Of a stretch of 64,000 nt of DNA, positions 37,121-46,970 are shown in pieces (the stretch's first letter is position 1; every line of letters starts with the position of its first letter). The notes under the pieces are model-generated. The model saw nothing but the letters and a program-made list of their open reading frames with translations, had not been told where the DNA came from and did no database searches. A program made the translations under genes and the position numbers. The stretch lies in the IMG/VR virus record IMGVR_UViG_3300048780_000186; one strand, written 5' to 3'. The DNA comes from an uncultured virus (IMG/VR IMGVR_UViG_3300048780_000186). Its lineage: Duplodnaviria > Heunggongvirae > Uroviricota > Caudoviricetes.

Positions 37121-38320
37121 CTAGGGCCTCACCGGCATGATCGCGTAGGTCGCGTCGATCCCATCGTTCGCGTCATCCACGATCAACGCCTTGGCCGCCT
37201 TCGCCTTCACGTTGTAGTCACTCACTCCGAAGCGGAGCTTCTCGAGGTTGGAACCGCTGGCCACGTTTTTCACATACGGGAGGTTGGTGGTGATCGAGAT
37301 GTTGAGATCCGCCGGCATTCCCTCTTCCCGCTCAATCGGAAGCTCGTCTGTGATGTCGGCATTCTTGCCCTTGGTGATGACACGAATGACGTCACCGACA
37401 ACCTGGAGCTTCACCAGCAACAGCTCATCGAAAGCCGGCGCGCGTTCGAGCACCTGCTTGAGCTGTTCCCGGTCGATCTTGAACCAAAAGTCCGGGGCGT
37501 GAGTCCGAAGAACACTCACGATGGCCGGGAAGGTTCCGAGCAGTAACCTGGTGCCGAAGAAGGTATTGTCGCCGATCTTGAAGAACAGCTTGACGACATC
37601 GTTACGGCCATTCTTCGGGCCTTCGATGACCTTCACACCGTCTTCCTTCTTGACCAGCTTGGCCAGGGCAGGCAGCGCCAGACGCGGGAGCAGGATGCTC
37701 TCCATCTTCTGCGGGCCTTTCTCGCCCTTGATAATGATCCGCGCGCAAGCGTGGCCGTCCGTCGCCTGCGCTTCAAAGCCCTCATCGCCGCAGAGCAGGC
37801 GCATGCCGCCTAGCTCGAACTGCTGTGTGCCTTCGTTCTCGTTAGGGATGCAGAACGAAACCCGGCGAACGAACTCGGACAAAGCCTGCCCCTTCATGGT
37901 GTAGGCTTCGGGCTGCCGGAAAGGAATCTCCTGCATCCGCTTGGCCATCTCATCCATGCCGGTCGGATTGTCGCTCAGATGGAAGACGCTCTTGCCGATC
38001 TTCACCTGGATCTTGGTCGGCTGATCCTTCTTCTCGATGCGCGAGACGTCGGCAATATCATCCGGGTCGCGGTGGAGCAGGCCGGCACGAAGCTGCCCTG
38101 GATCGAGTAAGGCTTGACCAGGCAATTCGACCGTGGCTGAATGCTTGATGACAGTCTCGGCTTTGTGCATGGTGGTGTACAACAGAACGGCTGCTTCGGT
38201 CTCAGTCTTAAACGCCCTGACCAGGATTCCGCCGGAACCTTCCGTGCTTTTCTTGTCAATCGTGAAGGAGACATCGTTCACTGCTGCGAGCAGGTCTCCG
38301 ACCTTGATCTGGAATTTCAT
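37121..38320 (-). CDS. dnaN: DNA sliding clamp (beta clamp)
   Basis: MKFQI start, ATDGH, LLGTFP, C-terminal AIMPVR. Confidence 0.85.
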   Translation of the reverse strand: MKFQIKVGDLLAAVNDVSFTIDKKSTEGSGGILVRAFKTETEAAVLLYTTMHKAETVIKHSATVELPGQALLDPGQLRAGLLHRDPDDIADVSRIEKKDQPTKIQVKIGKSVFHLSDNPTGMDEMAKRMQEIPFRQPEAYTMKGQALSEFVRRVSFCIPNENEGTQQFELGGMRLLCGDEGFEAQATDGHACARIIIKGEKGPQKMESILLPRLALPALAKLVKKEDGVKVIEGPKNGRNDVVKLFFKIGDNTFFGTRLLLGTFPAIVSVLRTHAPDFWFKIDREQLKQVLERAPAFDELLLVKLQVVGDVIRVITKGKNADITDELPIEREEGMPADLNISITTNLPYVKNVASGSNLEKLRFGVSDYNVKAKAAKALIVDDANDGIDATYAIMPVRP

Positions 38321-38344
38321 GTGTTGGTTCTCCGTGAGAAATGC

Positions 38345-38366
38345 AAGGCGGGATCGCTCCCGCCTT
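38345..38366 (-). terminator. GC hairpin after Rad52-like gene
   Basis: AAGGCGGGA-TCGC-TCCCGCCTT; weak U tract. Confidence 0.4.
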
Positions 38367-38370
38367 TGGG

Positions 38371-39297
38371 TTAGGCTGCCTGCTGTTCCTGCAGTCGGCT
38401 CTGAGCCTCCGGACTGGTCGCGGCATTACGTCGCGCCTTGGAGCATTTCGGACAGACACCGACGCCATACTGGGCCATGCCCCGCAGGTAGATGTCCCAG
38501 GCGTGCATAGACTGGGTGATGTTGTCCTTGTCCGTGTACTGGATGGTCACGATCTGCTCACCGCAATCGTTGCAGTAGTTGATCGGGTAGGCCCATTCGG
38601 GGATCTGGGGCTGCTGTTTCCATTGCCCGGTCTTCGGGTCATAGGGATAGCTCAGCTTTCCGAAGGAATAGAAGTAGATCCCAGGACCCCACTTGGACAT
38701 AGCGCGCTTGTAAGCCTGCGCTTCTGCCGAGGTGATCCAGTTCTCGTCCGCTGTGTCCTTGGCGCCGCTCGAATCCTGCCAGACCCATCCCAAAAGCAGT
38801 CCCATCCAGATGCCGACCCGGACGATCGCACCCACCTTGTGGGCACTGATCTCCGACTGCGGCGAGATGACTTCCTTGGTTTTGTAATCGAGCTTGGCCT
38901 TGATGATCTTGGTGAACGGCGCGATGTCCACCCGTGTCACTTCGGACTGCCAGAAGCCATAGCCGATGACTTCGTTCATTCGTGCGGTATAAACCCGCGA
39001 GTCGGCATAGGCTGCCGCGGTTGCGGTCTTGGCCGTGTAATCGATCGTCTGGGGAAGGAATGACACATCGTCGGGATGAAATGGCGCCTTCAGCAGCTCG
39101 ATGGTTTTGGCCCAGTCCTGCAGGTAAAGCGGAAGAGCCCGCTCGTCTTGACCGCCGCCGCGCATGAGCCGGTCGATGTCTGTCAGAACATGAGGTTCGA
39201 CGACAGCTTCAGGTTCCTGCGCCTCGACAGCAGAGGTAACTTCAGCAGTGGGAGCAGCCGCAACCAGTGCGGGTGCATTGTTCTTTCTCGGTGGCAT
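38371..39297 (-). CDS. Rad52/Rad22 (Sak)-family ssDNA annealing protein with C-terminal Zn finger
   Basis: LKAPFHPDDV, AYADSRVYTARMNEVIG..W, AYKRAMSKWG.G.YFY. Confidence 0.8.
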   Translation of the reverse strand: MPPRKNNAPALVAAAPTAEVTSAVEAQEPEAVVEPHVLTDIDRLMRGGGQDERALPLYLQDWAKTIELLKAPFHPDDVSFLPQTIDYTAKTATAAAYADSRVYTARMNEVIGYGFWQSEVTRVDIAPFTKIIKAKLDYKTKEVISPQSEISAHKVGAIVRVGIWMGLLLGWVWQDSSGAKDTADENWITSAEAQAYKRAMSKWGPGIYFYSFGKLSYPYDPKTGQWKQQPQIPEWAYPINYCNDCGEQIVTIQYTDKDNITQSMHAWDIYLRGMAQYGVGVCPKCSKARRNAATSPEAQSRLQEQQAA

Positions 39298-39299
39298 GA

Positions 39300-39467
39300 T
39301 TATTCCTCGAACCAATTGAAATGGAACCGTTGCCCGCCGCTCGGAATGTGTTTGGCCGGAGCCCCACACTTCGGACAGGGTTTCTGCTCAGTGCCCATCG
39401 GCACCAGCTCTTCAAACTGATGCCCACACTTCTTCTCGTCGGGGCATTTGAATTCGTACAGTGGCAT
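39300..39467 (-). CDS. FmdB-family zinc-ribbon protein
   Basis: MPLYEFKC...CGHQFE...CPKCG. Confidence 0.8.
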   Translation of the reverse strand: MPLYEFKCPDEKKCGHQFEELVPMGTEQKPCPKCGAPAKHIPSGGQRFHFNWFEE

Positions 39468-39792
39468 TTGAACAACTCCTCGGTGGAACGGTGCGGTTGA
39501 TGATCGGGCTAACGACCGCTTTGAACTTGCGGCAGAAAGGGGCCTGCCGTCTGTGAATCTCTTCCAGTTCGGCACGGCCACCCTCACCCAGGCGGAAACC
39601 GTATGGGCATCGCTCGATATACAACTCGTTCAGCGAGTTGAGCATCTGGTGAAAGTGGTCAAGGCCATTTCCCAGTTGCAGGCCGTGTCGTTTGTTCATC
39701 ACGGAACAAACTAACAGTAAGTTCGATTCCGTCATACAATTGTTGGGAGCCATCTCAATCAGCAACAGGACCATACGTTCCACGAGTACCAT
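39412..39792 (-). CDS. hypothetical protein
   Basis: TAATG coupling. Confidence 0.5.
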   Translation of the reverse strand: MVLVERMVLLLIEMAPNNCMTESNLLLVCSVMNKRHGLQLGNGLDHFHQMLNSLNELYIERCPYGFRLGEGGRAELEEIHRRQAPFCRKFKAVVSPIINRTVPPRSCSNATVRIQMPRREEVWASV

Positions 39793-40163
39793 TACGTGAT
39801 TACCTCCACCATAGGTGAACCGTCGGGACTTCCAAAGACCCGGTAGCTGGTGCCCCATTGCGGGGCGCCGATTTGTTCTTTGACTCGCTCAAGTGCGCGG
39901 GCCGCGGCTTGGCACATCTTCTCCAGCAGTTCGCCACGAAACACCGGAACCATGGTCTTGCGACCGGCTTCGATGATCTCTACGTGCGGAACCGTCCAAA
40001 AGGTTCCGCTCTCGCAGCGACGGTAATGAATGCAGGTAATGGCATTCTCATCACCCGGTCCAAAGCAAAAGGAGACCGTGGCTCTGATGCCACTGCTGTC
40101 CGAGTCCTTGCGCTCGGGAACAGTGACGATTGCGTGAGTCATTCCTGTGAGAAAGCGTGTCAT
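39792..40163 (-). CDS. hypothetical protein, possibly SpoVG-like
   Basis: GIRATVSF...I....SGTFWTVP pattern loosely resembles SpoVG. Confidence 0.45.
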   Translation of the reverse strand: MTRFLTGMTHAIVTVPERKDSDSSGIRATVSFCFGPGDENAITCIHYRRCESGTFWTVPHVEIIEAGRKTMVPVFRGELLEKMCQAAARALERVKEQIGAPQWGTSYRVFGSPDGSPMVEVIT

Positions 40164-40168
40164 AGAAA

Positions 40169-42508
40169 CTAAGCAGCCGCCGGCAACTCGACTGCTTTGA
40201 CCTCCTTGCGAATACGTTGGACAAGGAAGGTATTCCGGCAGTTGACGTTGCACTGCTCCACTGCCCGCTTGACCGCGGCCCAGGACGCTAGGAAGACGAT
40301 CATCTTCCTGGCCCTGGTGTTCGCTGTGTAGAGAAGGTTTCGCTCAAGCATCGGATAGTGGTGCATCGTCATGAGGAGAATTACAATTTCAAACTCGCTG
40401 CCCTGGCTCTTGTGAGTCGTGGCCGCGTAAGAGAGCGACAGGTTGTCCGTCTCCTTGAAGGGATAACGAACCAATCGGCCGTAGAAATCGATCAGGATCT
40501 CTTTATGGGTTTCATCGAATTCCTTGATGAACCCGATGTCGCCGTTCGAGATCTCCATGCCCTGCTGGTAGTTGTTAGCCAGTTGCATCACACGGTCACC
40601 GGTCCGAAACTTGTGACCTTTGACAGTTACTTCCTTGCCGTTGGGATTCAGTGTTTCCTGGAGAACTTTGTTGAACTCAATCGAACCTGCTGGGCCGATT
40701 CGCATCGGCGTCAGGATTTGAATGTCCCTGATAGGATCGACGGCGTGCTTGGCAACAATCCGTTGAATGACCGGAGGCAGCTTCGCTTTGATCCACTCCA
40801 GATCGTCCTTGCCCTCCGGTCCCTTGGGAACTTCCATGAAGTAGGAGTCTGCTTCAATGCCTTGCCCCTTCTTCACGTCCGGAAAGATCGGCGTCTGTCC
40901 GGTCCTGATCTTGTAGGCATTGCGGATGATCAGCGAGTTCTCAGCCTGACGAAAGATGGTCTCCAGTTTGGTGACCTGGATCTTCTCGCAGTTGATCATG
41001 TCGCGGAGGACCATCCCGGGCCCAACCGAAGGCAGCTGGTCCACGTCGCCCACAAATACCACTGAACAGGAGTCAGGTACGGCGTCCATCAGGGAATCGG
41101 CGAGCTGGAGATCCAGCATCGATGCTTCGTCGCAGATCAACAGGCTGCAATTGAGCGAGTTCTTCTTATTGCGCTGGAAGTCATTGTCCTCATAGCTCCA
41201 CTCCAGCAGTTTGTGGACCGTCTGCGCTTCCTGACCGGTAACTTCAGCCATGCGCTTGGCAGCGCGGCCAGTAGGCGCGCACAGCTCGACGTTGAGACCC
41301 AGCCGGGCTGCCGTGCGCAACAGCATCTTGAGGGTGGTTGTCTTGCCAGTGCCGGGACCGCCGGTCAGGATCGACAGGTTGTTCCGAAGAGCTGCAATGA
41401 CCGCCTGACGTTGTTGTTTGTTCGGCTCTTGGCCCAGGTCCTTCTCGACACGTTCCAGTGTCTCCTCGATGCCGCGAGGCGCAATATGCGGAAAGCTCTG
41501 CAGCTCTCCGATCCGTCGAGCCAGTCTAGTTTCTGCATCGTAATAAACAGACAGATAGTAGAAAGTCATCGCAATGCCGTTCAGCTTAACTGGCTGGCGA
41601 ATAAGATGCTTGGGGCCTGGATCGCTGGCGAGAGACGACATCTTGATGACAGCTTGCTCTGCGACCTCCATCGGAAGCTGTTCGTTTGGGTTGAGAGTGC
41701 CTTTTCTACTACTGGCTACCTTTCGAACTGTACCCACGAGCTCATCCTGTGTAAGGAAGCAATGGCCATTGCTGGTTGCTTCTGAGACCACATGCGTAAC
41801 AGCGCCTTCAGTCCGTTCCGAGCAGCGTTCCGGCCAGCCCATACGGGCAGCCATCTCGTCTGCCTTTTTGAAACCGATCCCACTCAGCTTCATGGAGCGG
41901 TAGGGATTTTTCTCCAGGATTGTAATGGCATCCTTGCCGAACGCGGCAAGGAACTTCTTGCCCCAGGCGCTTGGGATGTCAAAGCGGGCCAGCCACAATT
42001 CCAGTTGGCGGAGCACAGGGTCATGTTGGCTACGCCAGGACGCCACGATCTTGTCGGCCTTATCAGCTCCGATTCCGGCGCACTCGGTGAGGCGTTCGGG
42101 AGAGTTGTCAAGGATGTTGATGATCGCGACACCGAACTTCGACATCAAGGCAGCGGCCGTCTTCTTGCCGATGCTCTTGACGTGATGCTCCAGGTACTTC
42201 TGAATGCCCCGGATGGTATCGGGAATGACTCTTACCGCCTGCTCGGCTTCAAACGTCGGCCCGTACTTCGAATCGTCGACCATCTTGCCGTGGAACTCGA
42301 ACAGATCATCCGGATCCCAGTCGGGGAATGAATTGCATTTGACGGCCAGATCCTTCTGCCCCGGTTCAACCGGATGCACGGTCAGGATCCGAAAGGTACA
42401 ACTGTCCTCAGGCTCGCTGCCTTCGGTTGTGGTCTCGGGTGGTTTGTCCATGACACGCGGATACCGCTGCCACAGAACCTGACCCCTGAAATGCTGTTGC
42501 TCGTCCAC
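40169..42508 (-). CDS. recD2: RecD2-like SF1B helicase
   Basis: NPY..GIGFKKAD, TGGPGTGKTT, APTGRAAKR, DEASM, GDVDQLPSVGPG, HKSQGSEF. Confidence 0.95.
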   Translation of the reverse strand: MDEQQHFRGQVLWQRYPRVMDKPPETTTEGSEPEDSCTFRILTVHPVEPGQKDLAVKCNSFPDWDPDDLFEFHGKMVDDSKYGPTFEAEQAVRVIPDTIRGIQKYLEHHVKSIGKKTAAALMSKFGVAIINILDNSPERLTECAGIGADKADKIVASWRSQHDPVLRQLELWLARFDIPSAWGKKFLAAFGKDAITILEKNPYRSMKLSGIGFKKADEMAARMGWPERCSERTEGAVTHVVSEATSNGHCFLTQDELVGTVRKVASSRKGTLNPNEQLPMEVAEQAVIKMSSLASDPGPKHLIRQPVKLNGIAMTFYYLSVYYDAETRLARRIGELQSFPHIAPRGIEETLERVEKDLGQEPNKQQRQAVIAALRNNLSILTGGPGTGKTTTLKMLLRTAARLGLNVELCAPTGRAAKRMAEVTGQEAQTVHKLLEWSYEDNDFQRNKKNSLNCSLLICDEASMLDLQLADSLMDAVPDSCSVVFVGDVDQLPSVGPGMVLRDMINCEKIQVTKLETIFRQAENSLIIRNAYKIRTGQTPIFPDVKKGQGIEADSYFMEVPKGPEGKDDLEWIKAKLPPVIQRIVAKHAVDPIRDIQILTPMRIGPAGSIEFNKVLQETLNPNGKEVTVKGHKFRTGDRVMQLANNYQQGMEISNGDIGFIKEFDETHKEILIDFYGRLVRYPFKETDNLSLSYAATTHKSQGSEFEIVILLMTMHHYPMLERNLLYTANTRARKMIVFLASWAAVKRAVEQCNVNCRNTFLVQRIRKEVKAVELPAAA

Positions 42509-42516
42509 AAATCCAC

Positions 42517-42528
42517 CTAACTGTTAGT
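42517..42528. promoter_or_regulatory. operator-like motif A upstream of recD2
   Basis: CTAACTGTTAGT. Confidence 0.6.
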
Positions 42529-42554
42529 CTGCCATCTCTGGACATGGCATTGAT

Positions 42555-42571
42555 ATAGAAGGAAACCCCTA
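42555..42571. promoter_or_regulatory. motif B upstream of recD2
   Basis: ATAGAAGGAAACCCCTA. Confidence 0.5.
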
Positions 42572-42916
42572 GAAGCAAAGCTCTTCGGGGAGAGGCACCC
42601 ATCCTGTGAACTGTGGTGACACCAGCTCCTCCAGGAGCGGCGGCGCCGACTCGGGAGCAAAGGCCAGCGCTAATTGAACCGGTCGCCGGCATGGGAGTGG
42701 TTGAATCCCAACGAGGTTGTCCTCGGTAAGGTTCTCGGCGCCGCGCAGGTATTCCCAACGCTTTGCGAGGAGCCCCAGGAAGCCCAGGTGACAGGGCTTC
42801 AACAGAACGTTCCCGGAAACAACTGCTTGAGAAGAACAGTCGGCATCGATATTGAACAGGAACTCGAGGCCCGTTGGTTCTTTCCTGCCCAACCGGAATG
42901 TGTAGCGGCTTCTCAT
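42569..42916 (-). CDS. hypothetical protein
   Basis: Start MRSRYT, ATGA coupling. Confidence 0.55.
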   Translation of the reverse strand: MRSRYTFRLGRKEPTGLEFLFNIDADCSSQAVVSGNVLLKPCHLGFLGLLAKRWEYLRGAENLTEDNLVGIQPLPCRRPVQLALAFAPESAPPLLEELVSPQFTGWVPLPEELCF

Positions 42917-43221
42917 CGGGCGCCGACTCTCTCTGCGAGATCTATACCAGTCTTCTCTGTGAAGAGCGCCTGGCCTTCCCGGTAGCAGTCGTAGAGATCG
43001 GGCCTGTGTGTGTCCAGTTGAACCACCTGGATAAACCAGTCGGTGCATGCCCGGATGATCGGACCTGATCCGTAAACCAGGTACCAGTTCCGCATCGCCA
43101 ACAATAAGACCGCTGGGTTGATCGGGGGATGTATGTCGCACAGGACAGACTCAAGCACCCGGATTGTTTCGTCGTCCAGGCGTCCCGTCTTGTCCAATGT
43201 ACGATCCAAGGGATTTGCCAT
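42913..43221 (-). CDS. hypothetical protein
   Basis: AGGAG RBS. Confidence 0.6.
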   Translation of the reverse strand: MANPLDRTLDKTGRLDDETIRVLESVLCDIHPPINPAVLLLAMRNWYLVYGSGPIIRACTDWFIQVVQLDTHRPDLYDCYREGQALFTEKTGIDLAERVGAR

Positions 43222-43233
43222 TTCTTCTCCTAT

Positions 43234-43245
43234 CCAACTGTTAGT
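43234..43245. promoter_or_regulatory. operator-like motif A in divergent intergenic region
   Basis: CCAACTGTTAGT. Confidence 0.55.
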
Positions 43246-43289
43246 TGACTCAGGCTCGGTCTCGGATTGACAATGAACCCGGAGGCAGG

Positions 43290-43700
43290 ATGCCACGCAC
43301 TTTAGGAAAGCACACCAATCACTTCGGTCCATTCATCAGACGGCGGCGACGCGAGTTGAGCCTGACGCAGCGCGAGGTTGCTGCGGCTCTCAAGGTCTCT
43401 GCGCCTGAGTTTGTTGGCATGATCGAATCTGGCCTTCGCAAGCCAAACTTCGAACGGTTACCTGCTCTGGCCGAAGTCTTGCAGGTTCCGGTCCTCGAGA
43501 TGATCCAGATGGCTTTTGCAGACGTCTACCCAAGCCTGGTGGGCTACCTGACACAAGAACAAACAGCTCAGACTGCCAAGGCAAATCGGCTGGGCCAGAA
43601 GCTCTACGCTCTGCCCCAGCCAATACGCCAGCCCATCATCAAGATGATCGACAAGTTCTATGCCGAACGATCCGTCGAGAAGAAGGAAAGAGTGGCGTAA
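43290..43700 (+). CDS. HTH-XRE transcriptional regulator (only convincing plus-strand gene)
   Basis: FGPFIRRRRRELSLTQREVAAAL...GMIESGLRKP; GGAGG RBS. Confidence 0.85.
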   Translation: MPRTLGKHTNHFGPFIRRRRRELSLTQREVAAALKVSAPEFVGMIESGLRKPNFERLPALAEVLQVPVLEMIQMAFADVYPSLVGYLTQEQTAQTAKANRLGQKLYALPQPIRQPIIKMIDKFYAERSVEKKERVA

Positions 43701-43927
43701 TCTACCTGCGCTGCAGTCAGACTTTCCTTTTCCACCACTTCGCCGCGCCGGCGAGCCCTCTCCCTCAGAAGAGCCTTTTCCTGATCCTTCAGGTGTTTGG
43801 GCAAGCCACGCACCTTGGATCGGGATTGCTGGGTTATTGCCTGACGGATCTTCTGTGCGAACTCCAGGCACCTTCCGATCTTCTCGTCCGACATTCCGGG
43901 GATCTCTGCAAGGAAGGGATCAGCCAT
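43658..43927 (-). CDS. hypothetical protein
   Basis: 89 aa from MADPFL. Confidence 0.5.
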   Translation of the reverse strand: MADPFLAEIPGMSDEKIGRCLEFAQKIRQAITQQSRSKVRGLPKHLKDQEKALLRERARRRGEVVEKESLTAAQVDYATLSFFSTDRSA

Positions 43928-44162
43928 TGGTGTTGTTTTTCGGCTTCTCAGCAACCACAATCGAGACTTTCATCTGGGTGATGCTGTGACCCTTCACGCC
44001 CTTCCGCTTCTTGACTTCTTTCCAGGCACGGTTGAACGCCGTGCCATAATCGCTAGCCTTGGCGGTTGCCGACTGCCCCATGTTGACACTGGTCAACTCC
44101 GGCATCTGGAAATAGAAGGTGTAAGTTCGCAGGTTGTCTTCTGCACCGATGATTTCCGTCAT
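43920..44162 (-). CDS. hypothetical protein
   Basis: 80 aa from MTEIIG. Confidence 0.6.
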   Translation of the reverse strand: MTEIIGAEDNLRTYTFYFQMPELTSVNMGQSATAKASDYGTAFNRAWKEVKKRKGVKGHSITQMKVSIVVAEKPKNNTNG

Positions 44163-44857
44163 GCTGCCTCTCTTTCCTGTGGATACCAAGCCTCTGTCAG
44201 CGCTGGCGTCACACATTCGCACTCGAAGAACTTGCGATCGACAGGAAACGGGTTGGCTTCCGCAAAGGCTAGCATCTTCGCTCTGGTCTCCGCGTCAGGA
44301 TCCATATCGTGCCAGCTGTTGCGGCCGAACGCGCCAAATGCAGTGTCCATCTTGGCGAGCAGCTCGTCGAGTTCAGGCACCGGTCTTTCGAGAAGCCTGC
44401 GAGTAATTCTGTACCCATAACACCGGAAAGGACGGACTGAACGGCACCTCACGAAGAGAGGCTTGCAGTTGCTCTTCAGTTTGATCCAACCTTCAGGTTT
44501 GAATCCCCTGCGGCCAGCCGCCTGCTCTTTGATCGTTGCACGCCAGCGCGCGGCATAGTCGTTCGGCGGTTCAGGGACATCGGTGAAGAAGGTCAACGGA
44601 CAGGTGTAGTGGGAAGGTCCGCAGCTCTCATCGAGCGACTTGACTCCCCAGCCTTCCCCTTTGAACCGCTGCATGATGTCGTATCCGATGTAGCGATGCG
44701 AGGCCACGCCTGGTGCAGCGATTTCCCAGACCGACCATAAGATGTTGCCCTTCGTCACCTTCTTGAGACAGCGTCGGGTAGTTCCACCGTACTCGCTGTC
44801 CGTGGTCAGTTGACGGATGAGTGACTTGCGTGAGTAGTATCCAGAGATCCAGCCCAT
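44159..44857 (-). CDS. conserved mobile-element hypothetical protein (DUF6927-like)
   Basis: MGW...WGVKSLDESCGP..YTCP...A..WR. Confidence 0.6.
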   Translation of the reverse strand: MGWISGYYSRKSLIRQLTTDSEYGGTTRRCLKKVTKGNILWSVWEIAAPGVASHRYIGYDIMQRFKGEGWGVKSLDESCGPSHYTCPLTFFTDVPEPPNDYAARWRATIKEQAAGRRGFKPEGWIKLKSNCKPLFVRCRSVRPFRCYGYRITRRLLERPVPELDELLAKMDTAFGAFGRNSWHDMDPDAETRAKMLAFAEANPFPVDRKFFECECVTPALTEAWYPQEREAA

Positions 44858-44859
44858 GC

Positions 44860-45480
44860 CTATACTGCTTCCTCAAGTGGCGGGCACTTGCAGTTGGTGA
44901 GACGTTCTTTACAGGAGCCACAGAGGGCATAGCCCTCGGGATCTACACGCAGGGGCCGGGATTCGGTCAAACGGCCGGCACGAAACAGTTGGCCGGCAGA
45001 GATGCCTCTGACCTTGGTTTTGACAGGCAGCGGCCCGAACATGTTGTCGATGATGGTGCCGTCGAGAGCGAGGTTGCAGAGATAATCGGCATCTCTGTTT
45101 TCTTCCCGCGGATACCACACGTACGAAATGACAATGCCTGAATAGAAAGCCAGGATTTCTCTAATCTGATGTTGAAGTGCTATCAGGTTCTCGTCCTTGC
45201 ATCTCCACTCTCTGGTCATCTGATTGACCAGGAGCTGGGAGTCCGCGCGGAACTCAATACGATCGACGTCGGATGTGAAGTCGAGCAACGGGTCCAGGCT
45301 GTTTACAGCCAGCAGCAGACCCCGGTACTCAGCAACGTTGTTGCTGCCGATCAGAGTCTCGTTCAGGCAGGCAACGTATTTGTGCTGCTCATCGAATGCG
45401 ACGAAGGCACAGGACGCTGGGCCCGGCTCGGTGGCTGAGTTTGAACGGCTGCCACCATCCGTGTAGATGATCAGCTTCAT
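44860..45480 (-). CDS. rnhA: ribonuclease HI family
   Basis: IYTDGGSRSN, SNNVAEY, ADSQLLVNQM, PREENRDADYL. Confidence 0.9.
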   Translation of the reverse strand: MKLIIYTDGGSRSNSATEPGPASCAFVAFDEQHKYVACLNETLIGSNNVAEYRGLLLAVNSLDPLLDFTSDVDRIEFRADSQLLVNQMTREWRCKDENLIALQHQIREILAFYSGIVISYVWYPREENRDADYLCNLALDGTIIDNMFGPLPVKTKVRGISAGQLFRAGRLTESRPLRVDPEGYALCGSCKERLTNCKCPPLEEAV

Positions 45481-45998
45481 GCCGCCAGTTTCCGTTCGTG
45501 GCGGCGGAACTGAATCGTCTTCTTCATCCACTTGTCGAGAATCATCTTCCGGTTCAGCTTACCTTGGTGATCGACGATCAAGATGCCGTTGAGATGGTCG
45601 ATCTCATGCTGAATGACTCGTGCTTCCAGGCCCTCGGCGACCATAGTGATCGGTTGAAAGTCTTCGGTCAGCCCGGTGACGGTGATCTCCGTTGGACGAG
45701 TAACCTTGACCTGCAGGCCGGGCAGGCTCAAGCAACCCTCCGCGGCCGCCGATGTTTCGGAACCGAACTCAATGATCTCGGGATTGGTCAGGGACTGCAT
45801 CTGTCCCTGGTTGTCCTGGTAGATGATGACCCGCTTCAAGACGCCGATCTGATTGGCGGCCAGGCCTTGTCCACCGAAGGAGTGGCAAGCTTCCTTCATG
45901 TCGCCGATCAGATTCGAGAGACCCTCGCCAAACTCAGCATCAACTGGTTCGCAGGTCTTGAGAATTACGCCGTCCGGATATTCGCAGATTGCGGTCAT
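45477..45998 (-). CDS. def: peptide deformylase
   Basis: GQGLAANQIG, EGCLS, QHEIDHLNG. Confidence 0.95.
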   Translation of the reverse strand: MTAICEYPDGVILKTCEPVDAEFGEGLSNLIGDMKEACHSFGGQGLAANQIGVLKRVIIYQDNQGQMQSLTNPEIIEFGSETSAAAEGCLSLPGLQVKVTRPTEITVTGLTEDFQPITMVAEGLEARVIQHEIDHLNGILIVDHQGKLNRKMILDKWMKKTIQFRRHERKLAA

Positions 45999-46342
45999 TC
46001 TTTTTCCTCCAGCATGTTGAGAATGCCTTCAAAGACCTTTTCAACAGCGGTCACACCGTCGAAGAAGCTCCGCTCGAAATCGGCGCGCGTTGCTTTCGTG
46101 TAGTCCGGACACGCAGTGAGCTGTTCCTCTGTCGGTTGCACATGCAAGGCTGCCATCAGGGCGATACGGATCTTTGTGGCCGCATAGAAGTCCAGAGAGC
46201 GGATCATGCGGCTGTACACCGGCGAGATGTTCTTCACATCCGATGTCGGTTCGCGTAGCATTTCCCGGAACTGCGCCGGCCGGTTCTCAATCAACGCGAT
46301 GGTAGCGTTCAGTGCTGCATTCAAGCTCATCACATCACCCAC
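45995..46342 (-). CDS. hypothetical protein
   Basis: 115 aa. Confidence 0.6.
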   Translation of the reverse strand: MGDVMSLNAALNATIALIENRPAQFREMLREPTSDVKNISPVYSRMIRSLDFYAATKIRIALMAALHVQPTEEQLTACPDYTKATRADFERSFFDGVTAVEKVFEGILNMLEEKE

Positions 46343-46926
46343 TCTTGCTTTGGTGTTTTGTCCTGTTCGAGCACTGACTCGTAGTCGACCAGGATGCCAA
46401 GCCTGGCATCGAAATTACCGGGATGTGGCAGGAACGGAGAGTTCCGCCGATACAACTGCCGCTCTGCAACCAGATCACAGGTGCAAGCTGCCGTAGGTAT
46501 ATCCTTTGCTGCGAACTGCATCCCAAGCAGAACCGGATCAGTCAGTTCAGGACCGCCAACTGGTTCAAAAGACGAGCGGTAAATTCTGTCTTTCCGCAGA
46601 ACCGAATCACCGTAGACACCGTACTGGACGGGGACGATTCCCATGGGCGGATAGACATCAAGATGCCAGCGCCAAACTTGAAACGGTTCGTCCAGACCGG
46701 CCCACTTCATATACCGGTCGACGAAAACGTGACTGACCATCAGATGAAGACCAGGAAGCACGAGGCAATCCTGCACCACTACGGTGTAGGGCGCCTCATT
46801 GGGGTCCAACACGAAGCTGATCAACTCTCCAAATCGGTTCAGACAAGTGATTCCGACCCGCGACATATACACATAGTCGACGGCTTCTTCGATCATGATT
46901 CGTGCTGAAACAACGAGTTCGGTCAT
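46330..46926 (-). CDS. hypothetical protein
   Basis: 198 aa. Confidence 0.65.
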   Translation of the reverse strand: MTELVVSARIMIEEAVDYVYMSRVGITCLNRFGELISFVLDPNEAPYTVVVQDCLVLPGLHLMVSHVFVDRYMKWAGLDEPFQVWRWHLDVYPPMGIVPVQYGVYGDSVLRKDRIYRSSFEPVGGPELTDPVLLGMQFAAKDIPTAACTCDLVAERQLYRRNSPFLPHPGNFDARLGILVDYESVLEQDKTPKQEWVM

Positions 46927-46935
46927 AGCTCTTGA

Positions 46936-46960
46936 AGCCGGGTGGGGTTACCACCCGGCT
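46936..46960 (-). terminator. hairpin after ssb
   Basis: AGCCGGGTGG-N5-CCACCCGGCT 10-bp stem, no clear U tract. Confidence 0.45.
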
Positions 46961-46970
46961 CTCTTCCATC

